Shown here one piece after another: positions 1 to 14,100 of a stretch of 64,000 nucleotides of DNA. A program made the translations under genes and the position numbers. Origin of the DNA: the human T2T-CHM13v2.0 reference genome, Homo sapiens. The stretch is from NCBI RefSeq assembly GCF_009914755.1, contig NC_060937.1; one strand, 5' to 3'. Positions within the stretch are counted from its first letter, which is position 1; each line of letters starts with the position of its first letter. Under the pieces are notes generated by a model that made no database searches, was not told the origin of the DNA, and saw only the letters and a program-made list of their open reading frames with translations.

Positions 1-546
1 AGGTTCTGGAACATCCTAATTTTAACCTGGGTCAGGGGGTGGTGACAGGGTAGTGTATTTTCTTATTTTTCCTTGAACGGTATACAAATGCTTTTTACAC
101 TCTTTTGTATGTATAATATATCTCACAAAAAGAAAAAAATTCAATGCAAGACAGAAAAATATTTGGTCATTCTAATAGATCTGTAGTGGTATTCAAAATA
201 GTTTTAATTTGTATTTTTCTAATGGCTAAGGATGTTCAACATCTTTTCATCTACTTATTGCCATCACAATACCTTCTTTGATAAAGTACTTTTTCAAGTC
301 TTTTACTCTTTTTTTTTTTTTTTTTTACAACTTGAGTTGTTGATTTCTTATTATTGAGCTTGGAGAGTATAAAAAATATATTCTAGATACAAGCCTATTC
401 CCAGGTCATAAAATTTTTTCTCGTGTGTTTTATATTAGATTTATGTTTTTAAGTTTTACATTTAAATCTGTGACATATTTTATGTTAATCCTTTTATGAG
501 TGTTTAGTTTAGGTATCAAGGTTCTTTTTTTGAGGGGGATATGGAT

Positions 547-1186
<640 letters not shown>

Positions 1187-2045
1187 TGAATATACACTTC
1201 TTCCATCACTTTTGAAAAGAGTATTTTTTCTCCATTGAATTGGCGTGGACCTTTGACAAAAAGTGTGGGTCTATTTCTAGATAATTTGTTCTGCTTGAAT
1301 GATTTATGTGCTTATACTTTAGCCAGTTCCACACTGCCTTGATTACTGAAGCTTTATAGAAAGTCTTAAAATCAGACGGTGTGAGTACTCCAAATACATT
1401 CTTTCAAAACTGTTTGGCTTTCCCTTTGCCTTTCAGTGTAAGATTTAAAATAAGTTTCTCTACGTAAAAAACTAAACTCTTGCTGATATTTTGACTTTCC
1501 AAAATTAATGCAAAATTGCATTAAATCTGTAGATCAGTTTGGAAAGAATTGACATCTTAACTATATTGAATCTTCCATTGAGTCCTCCTGTTTATGGAGT
1601 CTTCCATTCCATAAAGAGGGTGTGTCTCTTCATTTACTTCAGTCTTCTTTGATTTATTTTATCAGTGTTTTGAAGTCATCTGCATATAAATCTTGCCATG
1701 TTTTGTTAGATTTATACTTCAATATTTCCAAAAACACCTTAGAGTATTGTAAATGTTACGTATTTTTCAAACTTGATTTGTGTTGACTTTATTTTTTTTA
1801 TTTTTGATCCATTCCTAAATAACAGGTTATGTTGACTTTATATTTTCAAAACTTATTAAACTCACTTATTGGTTCTGGAAATTTCTTAATAGACCTCCCC
1901 TTAAGGTTTTCTTAGGATTTTCTCCATAGACTATTATCTCATCTAAAAATAGGGACATTTAAATTTTTTCCATTAAAGTCTATATGTCTTTTTTTTCTTA
2001 CCTTATTGCACTTGCTTGATCTTTAACTACTATGTTGATAGCAGT

Positions 2046-2522
2046 TACATTGGTTTCCTACTGCTGCTGTAACAAATTGTCACAATCTTAGTGGCTTAAA
2101 ACAACATTATTTAGTATCTTACAGTTTTGGAGGTCAGACAACGGAAACCGGTCTAATGTAGCTAAAATCAAGATATTGGCAGGGCTGCCTTCCTTTCTGG
2201 AGGCTGTAGGAGTGAGTCACTTTTCTGCCCACAATCCTTGGTTCATAGACCCCTTTCATCTTTGAAGCTAACAGTGTAGCATCTTCAGATTTTTCTCTAA
2301 CTGACTTATTTGCTTCCCTCTCCCACTTAAAAGGAGCCTCATGATTATATTGAGCCTGCTGGGATAACACATGATAATCTTCCTATCCCATAATTAGCTG
2401 ATTAGCAATATTAATTCCATCTGCAACCTTAATTTTCCTTTGTCATATAACCTAACATAAGCATAATTTGGGGGGATTGGGGCCATGAACATCTTGGGGG
2501 GACCTTTATTTTGCATATCACA
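2046..2522 (-). mobile_element. MaLR solo LTR (MLT1C/D-like)
   Basis: gctgctgtaacaaattgtcacaatcttagtggcttaaaacaac start; TSD gcagt/gtagt. Confidence 0.78.
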
Positions 2523-3879
2523 GTAGTATTGAGAACGCACATGCTTTCTTTGTTATTTCTGATTTTAGGGGAAAAACATTCAGCCTTTCACCAAATGTGT
2601 GATGTTAGCTGTGGGTTTTTCTGAATGCTCTTTATCAGGTCAAGATTCCCTTGTACTCTTAGTTTACTGAAAGTTTTTAATCAAGAATGGGGGTTAGATT
2701 TTGTCAAATGATTTTCCTGCATCAATTGACATATTGTTTTTTTTCTTTTTGTCTGTTAGTTTGTTGTATTATATTAATTGATTTCAGACATTCAATCAGC
2801 CTTGTATTCCTGGAATAACTCCCCTTCTCATTATGTATTGTTTATATATATTTCTGAATTTAATTCTTTTCTTTCAATTCAAGATTTTCTTTCATCTGCT
2901 CACATCAAATATTTTTGCTTTCTTTTCTGATTTTTCAAAGCAAAACTTCAATTACTTATTTGTGATATTTCTCCTTTTTATTATAAGCATACAGTCCTAT
3001 AAGTTTCCCTTGCAGTGCTCATTTAGTTGTGTCTCACATGTTGTGACATGTTGTGTTTTCAATTTTGTTAATTTTAAAATATTTTCTTATTTTTCTTGAG
3101 ACTTCCTTTTTGACCCATGGATTATTGATAAATGTGCTGTTTAATTCCCAAGTGTTTGGAGATTTATCAGCTATATTTCTATTAATAATTTTTAGTTTAA
3201 TCTCATTATGTTCAGACTATATTTATATGATATAAATTATTTAAAAATTGTTCAGGTTTGTTTCATGACTTTGCTATGGTCTATCTTGGTGAATGTATCA
3301 TAGGCACTGGAAAATAATATGTATATTTAGTGTTGGATAAAGTGTTCTATAAATGTCAATTAGATACAGTTGGTTGATAGTGTTGTTCCATTTTTGTATG
3401 TTCTTGCTGATTTTCTCTTTATTTGCTTTGTCTATTATGGAGAGAGAAATGTCGACTTATAATTGTGAATCAGTCTATTCTGCTTTCTTTTCGAAGAGTT
3501 TTTTTCCCATGTGTTTTGAGGCTCTGTTTTAGATGCAGACATGTTTAGGATTTATTTATTTTTGTCTTCCAGTTGAATTAACTCTTTTGTCATTATGCAA
3601 TATTTCTCTTTATCACTAGAAATTTTCCTTGTTTGCACATCTACTTTGTTTGACATTAATGTAGCTACTCTAGCTTTCTTTTGATTAGTGTTAGCATGGT
3701 ATATCCTTTTTCATCCTTTTACTTTTAACCTATTTGTATCCTTATATTTCAGGTGAGTTTCTTATAGGCAGTAAATTCTGTCATGATTTTTAAGCTAATG
3801 ATCTATTATTTTTATTGGGAGTTTAGTTCATCTACAGTTAATGCGATTACTAATGTAAGATTCCGATTTGTCAGTTTGC

Positions 3880-4145
3880 TTTATTTATTTATTTATTTAT
3901 TTGGGACAGAGTCTTGCTCTGTCACCAAGCTGGAGTGCAGTGGCATGATCATGGCTCATTGCAGCCTATGTCCCAGACTCAAGTGATTCTCACACCTCAA
4001 CCTTCCACGTAGCTGGGACTACAGGCACATATCACCATGCTAGGCTACTTTTATTTTTATTTTTTGTAGAGATGAGGTCTCCCTATGTTGCCCAGGCTGG
4101 TCTTGAATTCCTGGGCTCAAGCAATCCTCCCACCTCTGCCTCCCA
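3880..4145 (-). mobile_element. Alu (AluJ-like), partial
   Basis: (ttta)n tail, gtgcagtggcatgatcatggctcattgcagcc, cctgggctcaagcaatcctccc. Confidence 0.88.
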
Positions 4146-5806
4146 ACCAGTTTGCTATTTGTTTTCTAATTGCCCCATATATTCTTTGTTTACTTTTTCC
4201 CATTTTTTTGCCTTTTTATTACTAATCAGTACTCTTTTATATCTCTATCTCTTTTGTTGGATTACTTGCTATAACTCTGTTTTCTTATTGTAGGGGTTGC
4301 TTTCTGTGTTCTGTGGTTTCAATATGAGGTCAGTTTCCAGGCTTTGCACTGCTATTTGACATGTGTGCCTCCATTTCTGGGTCCTTGGATGCATTCTAGC
4401 CCATATTTCTACTCTTAAAGCCTTTGCCATTTTATGTAGGGTCTAATCTATGCAGAGATGAGTCCAGAAACGTATACACCACTTTATGGGATACCTCTTT
4501 TGAGATCCCTCCTCACCGGGATCTCCTTGACACTTTATGGTCCCCTGGGATCCCCATTTTACCTCTTATGGCCAAAAGTATGAAGCTTTAGTTTCTCCAC
4601 CCTATCATTTACTTCATGCAACTATATCTGCAGATCTGGGGTCAGGTGTTGAGAGGACAGAGAGAGAAAAAACCAGCAGACATTCTCCCCCTGATCTGGG
4701 AACCACAGGTGCTCTGGTGGGAAAGGATTCTCCTCTCTCAGAGTTTTCCACACATACCTAGCCTCTGTGGCTGCCCTGCTGCAACTTGATTTTCTGGGTA
4801 CTGAGACACAAGAGAATAAAAGAAAAGAAAACAAGGGATTTTCTTCACGCTCGCTCACTCCTTTCTTGCTCCTCAGATCAGAACATGAGGATACCGCCTA
4901 AAGCTTTTTCTGTCCACACCTGGCTGGCTTTGATTTCAACCAAGGTGATAACAGGCGGGGAATGGGGAATGAAAACTCATTGCTGATTTGAAGGTACTTT
5001 GAATTCTGAACTCCTTTTCCAATTTGCCTGCTACCATCTACTTTTCAGAGTCCTCAGATAGCAGCTCCAAGAATTCTGTCATGTTTATATTTGCATTCAG
5101 TGAGAGAAGCAGGATAGAGTTTTACTCAAGCTTGCCTGAAACCAGAATTGCACTAAAGTATTTTGAATAATGGACGTTTAAGCATAGCATCTAGAGTGGA
5201 GCATGGGAAAGAAAAGTCAGGGGAAAGGATTTGGACCCTTTTTTGGTTGAATCCCTGATGAGAAAGACTAAGCACATTCCTACACATCAGCAAAGCAAAA
5301 AGAATTATTTTTTCAAAAGAATTTGGTATTTAACATTGCCCTTTAAAAAGCATCAAAGTAGTCAGTATAAAGAAAAAATACCATCAGATGTCATACATTT
5401 ATTTTGCAGGTTACTGCATTTTTATTTTGATTTAAATATGGGGTATTGCTATACTCTGTGTTTAGAGTTTCTAAAGCCAGATGACTAGTGATATTGGCAG
5501 ACATTCCCAGCTAACCCCGTCTCTAACTGTAGCCTCAAGATCACCATAGAGCTCTTAAAACCTGAATTCTGAAAAATAATTTTTAAGTTTGGATCAAACA
5601 TAAGTTTATCCTCTCTTCTCCTATCTCTTTTTTGCCACTTACACTCATAACATATGGCTAAAAAGTTTTCACATAACAATGTACTTGGTACTTCAGGAAC
5701 TAAAGAATTATTTTTAAAAAGGTCAAAAGCTATCATTAAATAATCAGGTACAATGTGAGAGGCACATTCATCATCTCCTCTACTCTCCACTCCGAGGTAG
5801 GTGTTT

Positions 5807-6342
5807 TGCAGCAGGTTCACTGCATACTGGTTACCAACTTATCTGAGTTTTGTGAGACAGAACACACTCACACACAAGTTATCAGAAGTGAATTTATTAT
5901 TTACAGATAGTCAGCAGGGACAAAAGAAGCCTAGGATCCATTGTGAGCTAGGCCCCCAAGGCTCAAGGAAGCTGTCTGGGGAAGATGAAGTCTTGGCTGT
6001 ACTTGCTCCAGTTACACCACAGCTGAGGGACCCCATAGGCCAGCTCACCTTGCGTTCTACTCAGGAGCAATGTGACTCACTGGGGAAAGCTTTGATGGAT
6101 ATCCCACTTCCACAGGAGACAGGAGCAAAGCTTGGGCCATCCAGGGCAGTTTCTCCCTAACTCAAGATGATACATTCCCTAGGAGAGACAGGGACAGAAA
6201 TAAGGCCTGGGCTGTTTCAGGCAGTTCTTCCCTGTCTCAGGTTATTGCATTCCCAGAAATCTCTACTGTTACTCTTGAGAAATATAAGGAAGAACAGGGA
6301 GAGAACTGGGTCATTCTAAAGCTGCTGGAGAACTGTCCTGTA
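5807..6342 (-). mobile_element. ERVL-class solo LTR (MER73/MER74/MER54-like)
   Basis: Reverse complement begins tacaggacagttctccagc...gacccagttctc...gggaatgcaa; LTR-like ends with TSD tgttt/ggttt. Subfamily from memory. Confidence 0.65.
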
Positions 6343-6889
6343 GGTTTATCAGTTCAGTATTCCTGTCATTATTGTACAGGTGAGGAAACTGAGACTCACA
6401 TTCAGTTACTTGTCCAAGGATCTCAGGACTAACTCCATAATTGATATTCTCTCAGGATGTCACACATTTCTGTCCATCTGTGTCCTCCATCTTTGAGAAG
6501 ATGAAATCAGACAACTTAGCGATGGAGATAGTTAAAGAGATTAGGAACTCATGGGAGTGGAATGCAGTAGAAAGAACTTTTTCACGTAAGAGACTGCAAT
6601 TCTTCACATCTCTGTCTGTTCTGTTTTCCCCTTGAATGCTTCAGCTAGAATGAAAGAAATCTATTTTCTAATTACAAAAAATATCTTTATTGAGACTACG
6701 GTATTGGGGCAGGGATTCTATACCTCCATCTCTCAGACCCATTGACAATTCATTTTTAATTTCTCTCTTCGTGTTCTGGGACTTCTTCAAATCTACACAC
6801 AAATTTTACTTCTGTTGCTTTTTCTCTACTTTCTAGGCCAAAAATGAAAAATAAAGAATGAGGATTTCAGCTCATGGTTAAGAACATAT

Positions 6890-7498
6890 GTGTGATTTTT
6901 CATACCTGGCCATAGGCAATTCCAAAGCTGTACCTGGCAGGCCATTCAGGAGGAAGCTGCCTCCTCACACTATGGTGCAAAGCCAGTGCATTACTTTCTG
7001 AGAGGAGTTGCAGTAAGGACTCGCGTCCCTCTGGCAGGTCATGCTGTTTCACATATTTACAGTCCTAGCCCAGGTGCTTTCATTCCTAGGTCTCTTTATT
7101 TGAGGCCTACAGTAGAGGTCTTCAGTTGCCTCTACCAAGGACCCCTTACAGGAGGCAGAAGCGAAAACCTTGAAGACACTTTCCCCAACTCTGACTCAGG
7201 ACTCAGTACGTTTCCACTCATAACCCTCAGCCCTTGCCCTCTCTCCCAACTGCAGAGTCTATAAAACTGCCTAAGTCTTTTGTTAGGGGCTCCCTTAACA
7301 GTGAGATGACCCCCACGTCTATGCAGATCCACCTGACCCTCAATTTGTGCATTGTCTCATGGGTGAAAATGGAACAGGGAGAGTTGGTACTTCCTGTGGT
7401 TTTAGACTGTTGCTTATACCATCACAGTAAGTGATCAAAGCTTTGGCTTTTTCACTTTTTTGACTTGTTGCCTTAATTGGCTACTCAGACACCTGACA
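6890..7498 (+). mobile_element. Probable old ERVL-class solo LTR
   Basis: LTR-like order: TATAAAA at 7260-7266, then gtaagtgatcaaagc (degenerate GTAAGTAATAAA region), ending ...cacctgaca. 5' boundary uncertain. Confidence 0.5.
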
Positions 7499-7523
7499 GC
7501 TCAGCTAGCTCACTCTCTCCCAG

Positions 7524-7655
7524 CTTGGCTGAGCTCCTGACAAAGGAAGCCCACTGGAAGATGAAATGGATCTGGAAGCTGTGGACCTACTGAATTTTCT
7601 TGAAGCAAACTTTGCAGACCAGCTTTCAGAGGAAGAAGAAAAACAACTGATCCCA
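7524..7655 (+). pseudogene. Candidate exon A of a decayed multi-exon gene
   Basis: Acceptor ctctctcccag; 132 nt reading LG*APDKGSPLEDEMDLEAVDLLNFLEANFADQLSEEEEKQLIP (TGA at 7530); donor either CCA|gcaagt (GC) or A|gtaata after 7659. Confidence 0.6.
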
Positions 7656-8112
7656 GCAAGTAATAGCTTCACTTTTTTATTTCTCACACTACACTGAATT
7701 TCTCTTAAGTTCCAGCTTTCATTGTTGCCATCTTTGGCAAGCTTCCCATGACAGAAAATGGTTTTATAGTGATGTCTGCTATATGCCCACAACATTGTAA
7801 AACAGTTGAGCTTATTTCATAAAATTATACAAATTACATGAATATTAATATAATAAGAACACCACATACAACACATGTTCATATGTTTGATTAACCACTG
7901 ATTGACTGAATAAATGAATGAATGGCCAGACAATCATATAAGGACTGCAGTATTGAATCCCGGAATAAGAAAAGAGAGGAGCAGTAAGCAGATGGCACCT
8001 GGGGATTGTGGAATCTATAGGGGAAGGATGGAAGGAACAGAACAGCAGGTAGTAGGTGGGGAGGAAAAAACATAGGAAGTAAAAAAGGCAATACTATACC
8101 TTTTGTTCTTAC

Positions 8113-8239
8113 CTCAAAAGCTGAAAGATCAATTTTCTGTCTCCTGATTGATGTTTCCAAAAGCTTAATATGCTGCTGTAGAACAAGACCAGGAAATTGG
8201 AGAATGTCCCTGGCACCACCCTGCTGAGTTCTACCAAGT
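8113..8239 (-). other. Candidate antisense exon (127 nt)
   Basis: On the - strand: ttttcatttcattcaaaccag acceptor and GAG|gtaaga donor. Confidence 0.35.
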
Positions 8240-8242
8240 CTG
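8182..8242 (+). pseudogene. Candidate exon B (weak splice signals)
   Basis: gctgtag acceptor, G|gtttga donor; 61 nt NKTRKLENVPGTTLLSSTKS; phase 0 to 1 links exon A (GC donor) to exon C. Confidence 0.35.
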
Positions 8243-9828
8243 GTTTGAATGAAATGAAAAGTCAAAGTACAGATATGTTCCATTTTCATTGGAAGCGAAA
8301 AGGTTTTTTTCCTTCAGTTGTTTCTTTTTCCCTCCAGAAAAATCTTATCCTTTAAAAAAAAAAAGCTAATACTATACCGGGGTCCACATTAGTCCTCTCC
8401 TTTCAGTAAATATAATTTTGACCAATATTATCCTGGATATTTCATTGTCTTGTCAACAAAAACATGGTAATTGGTATTAATGTCTGAAAATCAAAGCCTT
8501 TCGGAAATGATAGGCTTGATTTAGTACCACTGGCATGGCTCTCATTAAATCAGCAAAGTCTGTGTAGTACAAATGTGCAGATTCCTTTATTCATCACTGT
8601 AAGAACCTCAGGGAGCCTCACTGAAAATGCACATGACAGATCAGGTGGGTACGGCTGCAGCCCAAATAAAGACAAAATAGAAAATGCGAGCAACATCATA
8701 TAAAATTTACCTCACAGAAGTCAGTAAGTAATCATTACTTAAGTAAATTATGCTTTTTACATAATCGGAAATGTTCTGTATTTAAGAGTCTTGGAGGGAC
8801 AAATACACATTGCACTAAATATTTGAGGATTCTGAGTTATAGCTGAAAGGAATTTCTCTTCATTCTTAGCTGTGAACGTAGGTTCCTTTGATTCTTTTAG
8901 GCAAGGATACTCAAATCCTCTCACTTATGAAACTTTGAGGTAGACTTCTGCCTCAATGACTGTATCTGTTTCCATCTCTTCCCACTGTGCTCGTTCCTGA
9001 CACACTGTCACACTTGCATCCACATGCCTGCACACAGACACACATAGACTGACACACAGAAAGAGGATATACTCTACAAAAATCTCTACAGAGAGGAAAT
9101 CGTAATGAGTAGACGGAGATGAGGAGTAGGAAACAAGACAGAAAGCAGGAAGAAAAGAAAAACAAGACATGATGGGGGAAGAGGCAAAGACTGTATGGGA
9201 AAAAGAGAATGATGTACGTAGGAGAGAGGGCAGAGCAGAATCTAGAGATGGAGTTCAGGGGAACATGGACATAGGGCCCCAAGGGTGCCTTATATTGCTA
9301 CAACATAAGGAGTGCATTTTAAATCTCATCCAAAGTAATGTAATTACTGAAGAAGCAAAGGCATTTTAATCTATAAAACCATCTTACAGATTAATGACTG
9401 AGAAAAGTGAGTAAGGCATCAGTTTGGCCCTTAGAGGTACAACAGGATTCCAGGCAGGAGAAGCAAATCTACATGATAATATTGACAAGTAAGGAAGAGC
9501 TATCCTCAGGCATAAGAATCCCATTAGCCTGGAGATCCAGTGGATCTCTTAGGATCAATGATTCTGAGGAGTTTGAAAGATTTGGTGGTATGGTATACAG
9601 GAAGAATTAAGACTGAAGGGGGCTATTTAAACAAATAAACAAACAAACAAAAAACAAACAAAAAAAAAACAGAGCAAAGCTAGCTTGCTTGGGAGTCACC
9701 CAAGTAAATTAAAATACTCTTGTTAAGAATGTGTAGCACATCTGCCTTCCCATAAAAATGGCATGGATGGTGAAGGTGCTTTTGACTTCACAGTGAAGGT
9801 AAAGACAAATCTCTTCTGTCCATGGCAG

Positions 9829-9911
9829 GCCAGGTGCAGGTGCAGCAGTTTAAGACCGCAAGTGCTAAGGTGGAGGGAGTTCAGCTCCTGTGACTAAAGC
9901 AAGAACATTTG
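9829..9911 (+). pseudogene. Candidate exon C
   Basis: Acceptor tctcttctgtccatggcag; reads (G)QVQVQQFKTASAKVEGVQLL*LKQEHL, TGA at 9891; donor TTG|gtttgt. Confidence 0.5.
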
Positions 9912-9984
9912 GTTTGTTTTGATAACTTTCCTGATGGGTATACAAACCTGAGGCAATTTTCCCTTTTATTGTCATTATGGCCAG

Positions 9985-10023
9985 TCCCTCTTGATTGACC
10001 TCTTGTGCTTCGAAGCAGCCCAG
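9985..10023 (+). pseudogene. Candidate exon D (39 nt)
   Basis: Acceptor ttttcccttttattgtcattatggccag; SLLIDLLCFEAAQ; donor CAG|gtatgc; phase 0-0, in frame with exon C. Confidence 0.55.
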
Positions 10024-11193
10024 GTATGCCTGGACCGGGCAATAGTTGCAACAGCAAAACAGGAGTCAAATCAATGCATGTAACAGAGGAAGCTTGGGTC
10101 ATGCTCAGAGTAAAGTGCTTCAAATTTAAAATAAATCAACACAAAAGGGAAAGTCATCACTGTTTTAGAGACTATAAATAATGCAGCAGTCTTCCAGAAA
10201 GAAGCAGTTTTTTACTTAAGATCATGTTTGTTAGTTGAGCTTCAGGGAACAACATCACACCCAAAAAGCTGGTAATCTTATTGTTTAAATTTTCCCTGAA
10301 GTGTACATGTCACTGCATCCTGGAGGAGACAGAACAGTTGATTTTGGTCCAGAACTTAATGCTTTATAGTTTTTCACCTGTGTGATGTGAATATGTCCAC
10401 TTTTATTTATGTGACCAGAACATTTATAAATGCCTCATTTAGTTGTTTGGGTAAATTATATTCTTGCTTCTCATAAATTGCTCCTCATAACATTTGGTTG
10501 GCAAAGCTTTCAGCAAGCAGGTTCTCAAATATTGGAAATTCACCCTTGCTGGGCGCAGACCTGTTAAGATTATGAGTGATAAAGGAATAAAGTACACTGA
10601 AAAGTAGCTTAGATGAAGCCACAGGACATTGGTTGAGCATGAGTGCCCCAGGATGCATTTGAAGAATTCACTGAATCATAACGCGAAGCAATGTAACATC
10701 ACAGCAGAGAGCGGAGGAACAACTGTAGCCTACAGAATGTGCTAGTGTGTGGTAGTCAAGGACAGGTGACCTAGTTTGAGCAAAATTGCTGTCTACAGCA
10801 CAAGAGTACCATTCTTCAAATAGCAACAAGACCCATAGCACAGTCACAAGCAGCAGATGTTAGGGAAATGCTTTAAGTCTTATCAATGTGACATAGCTTT
10901 GAAGACAGATATTATATATTTACCTATTTCTGTATCCAAGTAGAAAAATCATTCATACATTTTGTCTATTTTTGAAAGAAATGAGTCGTAGGTATAGAGA
11001 AGGACATACACAAATATTATGAACTCAGAATAACATTATTCGATAGAAAGCAGAATTAGAATTGAGAAAATGAGACGTATCCATGCCAAATGAAATGGAT
11101 TAAATAAACCAGGTGTTAAATTATGAGTTTGCCTTACAATTTGTGCCATGAGTTCTAAGGAAAGTTGATATTTAGAAATTTTGGTAGATTGTT

Positions 11194-11495
11194 GGCCTGG
11201 CGTGGCGGCTCACGTCTGTAATCCCAGCACTTTGGGAGGCCTAGGCGGTGGATCACCTGAGGTCAGGAGTTTGAGACCACCCTGACCAATATGGTGAAAC
11301 CCCGACTCTACTAAAAATACAAAAATTAGCTGGGCATGGTGGCGGATGCCTGTAATCCCAGCTACTTGGGAGGCTGAGGCAGGACAATCACTTGAACCTG
11401 GGAGGCAGAGGTTGCAGTAAGCTGATTGCGCCATTGCACTCCAGCTTGGGGTGACAAGAGTGAAACTCCATCTCAAAAAAAAAAAAAAGAAAGAA
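11194..11495 (+). mobile_element. Alu (AluSp/Sq-like)
   Basis: Full dimer with poly(A); 19-bp TSD agaaattttggtagattgt at 11174-11192 and 11496-11514. Confidence 0.95.
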
Positions 11496-11499
11496 AGAA

Positions 11500-12095
11500 A
11501 TTTTGGTAGATTGTAAAAATATCTACCAGTTATTTTATACCCTCTATCCATGTCTTTGTTTAGCATCTTCCCACACTGACTCATGACCCTTGTGATCTGC
11601 CTCGTGATTTGCTCTGGCTAATGAGATATTAGCAAACGAGAAGTGAGCAGAGTCTTGGAAAGTGTTTCTGTATTGAGGCTTGCTCTTTTGCTCCCATTTT
11701 GAACCTTAAGACATTCATGTGAAGAAGCTTATACTATCCTGCCACAACATGAGACATTATATGCAGCAGAAAGAAGCCATCCAAGTTGAGGACCCCCTAG
11801 ACCAATAAGGTGCCAACTGCCAAACACATGAGTGAGGCTATTTTGAACAAACTAGCTCCAGCTGAGCTGGCCCTGAGCAATTGCCAGGCCAATCCACATA
11901 ATCATTTAAAAAAAAAATTTTGGCATGAGGTGATGGATATACTAACTACCCTGTTTTGATTTTTAGACAGTATATACATGTATTGAAACATCAAATTGTA
12001 CTCCCATAAACAGGTATAATTATAATGCGTCAATTTTAAAAAGTTTAAGAAATGAAGTTTGGAGATGTTTTGTTATGTAACAACTTACCATTACA
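11500..12095 (+). mobile_element. MaLR LTR (MLT1G/H-like) with an internal L1M 3'-end fragment (~11925-12045)
   Basis: gtgatttgctctggctaatgagatattagcaaa and ccagctgagctggccc motifs; L1 3' motif gaggtgatggatat...gtatatacatgtattgaaacatca. Confidence 0.6.
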
Positions 12096-13807
12096 CTCTT
12101 AATGTAATAATAACAACAATAACAAAGTCTACTAATGTTTGAGGATCTATCAAGTGATATGTTAGGCACTATAATAGGTGATTTGTATATATTACTCCTA
12201 ACCTTTAAATAAAGTATATGTTCTTAACACCGTTGTGATTTGTATATATTACTTCTAGCCTTTGAATAAGGTGGGTGCCCGTAACACCATTTTACAAATG
12301 ACATATGTTGCAAAGTAAAAATCTAGTCATGCAAATAGTAAATAACAATGCCAAGATTCATCTACAGTTCTGACAGTCTATCAGTTTCACGCTCCTTCCA
12401 TTGGACGAGGATGTTGATGGAGGCTCTCCCTCGATAGGGAAATGAGGCATGGACATAGATTGGCTTCTCAGATTTGTTCAAATTGGTATAACACAACTGT
12501 AAACTTCTCACTAATTTCTTTATTTGCCTAGTGCCTAGTTTAGCAAAATATTTTCAATAAATATTTCTTGAACAAATGTGCCAAGAACTGAAATGCATTT
12601 CAGAACAAGGTAGTCTGTTCCACTCATCTGAAAATAAGATAGAAAAGTGGTGAAGGAGGAGAATTTCATGTCAAAAAGTACACATTTAAATACTAGGTTG
12701 AGCTACTTATTAGAATATGTGACCTTGTGCAAGTTGCTTACAGTCTTAATGATCTCAGTTGAAAATGGAGGTGATAATCCTTTCCTTACAAAATTGTAAC
12801 ATAAGTTAATGGAGTAATTTTTTTAAAAAAAGAATAACTCATGTGATCTATAAAAGTATTATATAAATAGTAGATACTGTTAACTTATTGCCTGAAAATA
12901 AAAGGTTTTCTGAATGTAAAATATGCAATTCATTATTAACTGTATTAGCACATTTATATTACATATGTCATTGTTTGCAATCAGGATATAATTGTCATAT
13001 AAAACAAAACATGTTCACAAATCGTTTTTTTCTGTTAGTGTATCAGATATAACTTTTTCCAATATCTGATCATAATATAAATATTAAAATGTGTATATAT
13101 GAAGCTTTTATGAATTCCCATTTCTGAATTTATTGGTCATCACAGGAAATACTTTAAAATATTGCATTTTCTAGTTTAGCACTTTGAAATAACTTTTTGA
13201 AAAAAATTAAAAAATAGTTTAAAAGGAATTAAAATATCTTACATAGTATTACAAATTTGGGATTTTTCACTCAAATAGAAATTTTGTTTCACCACTCAGC
13301 AGTGGCTGGGATCCACTGGGAAAATCCGTATTTGCTCCATCTACTTCCAATTTGGATGGGGGCAAGGGCTTCCCCTCATACCTCCACTTTCCATACCGTG
13401 TGTCTTGCTACTCTGTCCCCTATTCAATCAAGCTCACCATATCCAGGGCTACCATTGTCCAAAAGTGATGAGCCAAGCACTTCATGGCCCAGTCACATCT
13501 CCCTTGTTGGAAAACTCACAAGGTTTTAACAAAATATTGAGAGTCTTCTGATATCTGTCATAGACCGGCTATAAATGAACATTTGATGTAATCCAAAGAA
13601 ATAAGAACAACCCAAAAGATTGTTTTTCCATTTAAGAGCAAAAACTTCTTGCCTTTTCTCCGTAATTTTCCTCACTGCCAACATAGAGGAGGTAGGACCG
13701 TAAGAGACATCTCTACTACTCTCTCCAAGGAAGGTTTCTTTTAGCATGGGCAAAGTTTGAGCAGTGGAGATAAAAGGAGATGAGACCGGGATTTTTCACC
13801 AAATTAG

Positions 13808-14100
<293 letters not shown>

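Noticed and set aside
8603-8724. Additional + strand exon candidates (also 27127-27153, 30904-30933, 13686-13698)
   Set aside because: Splice signals or phase are ambiguous, and I could not distinguish them from chance.
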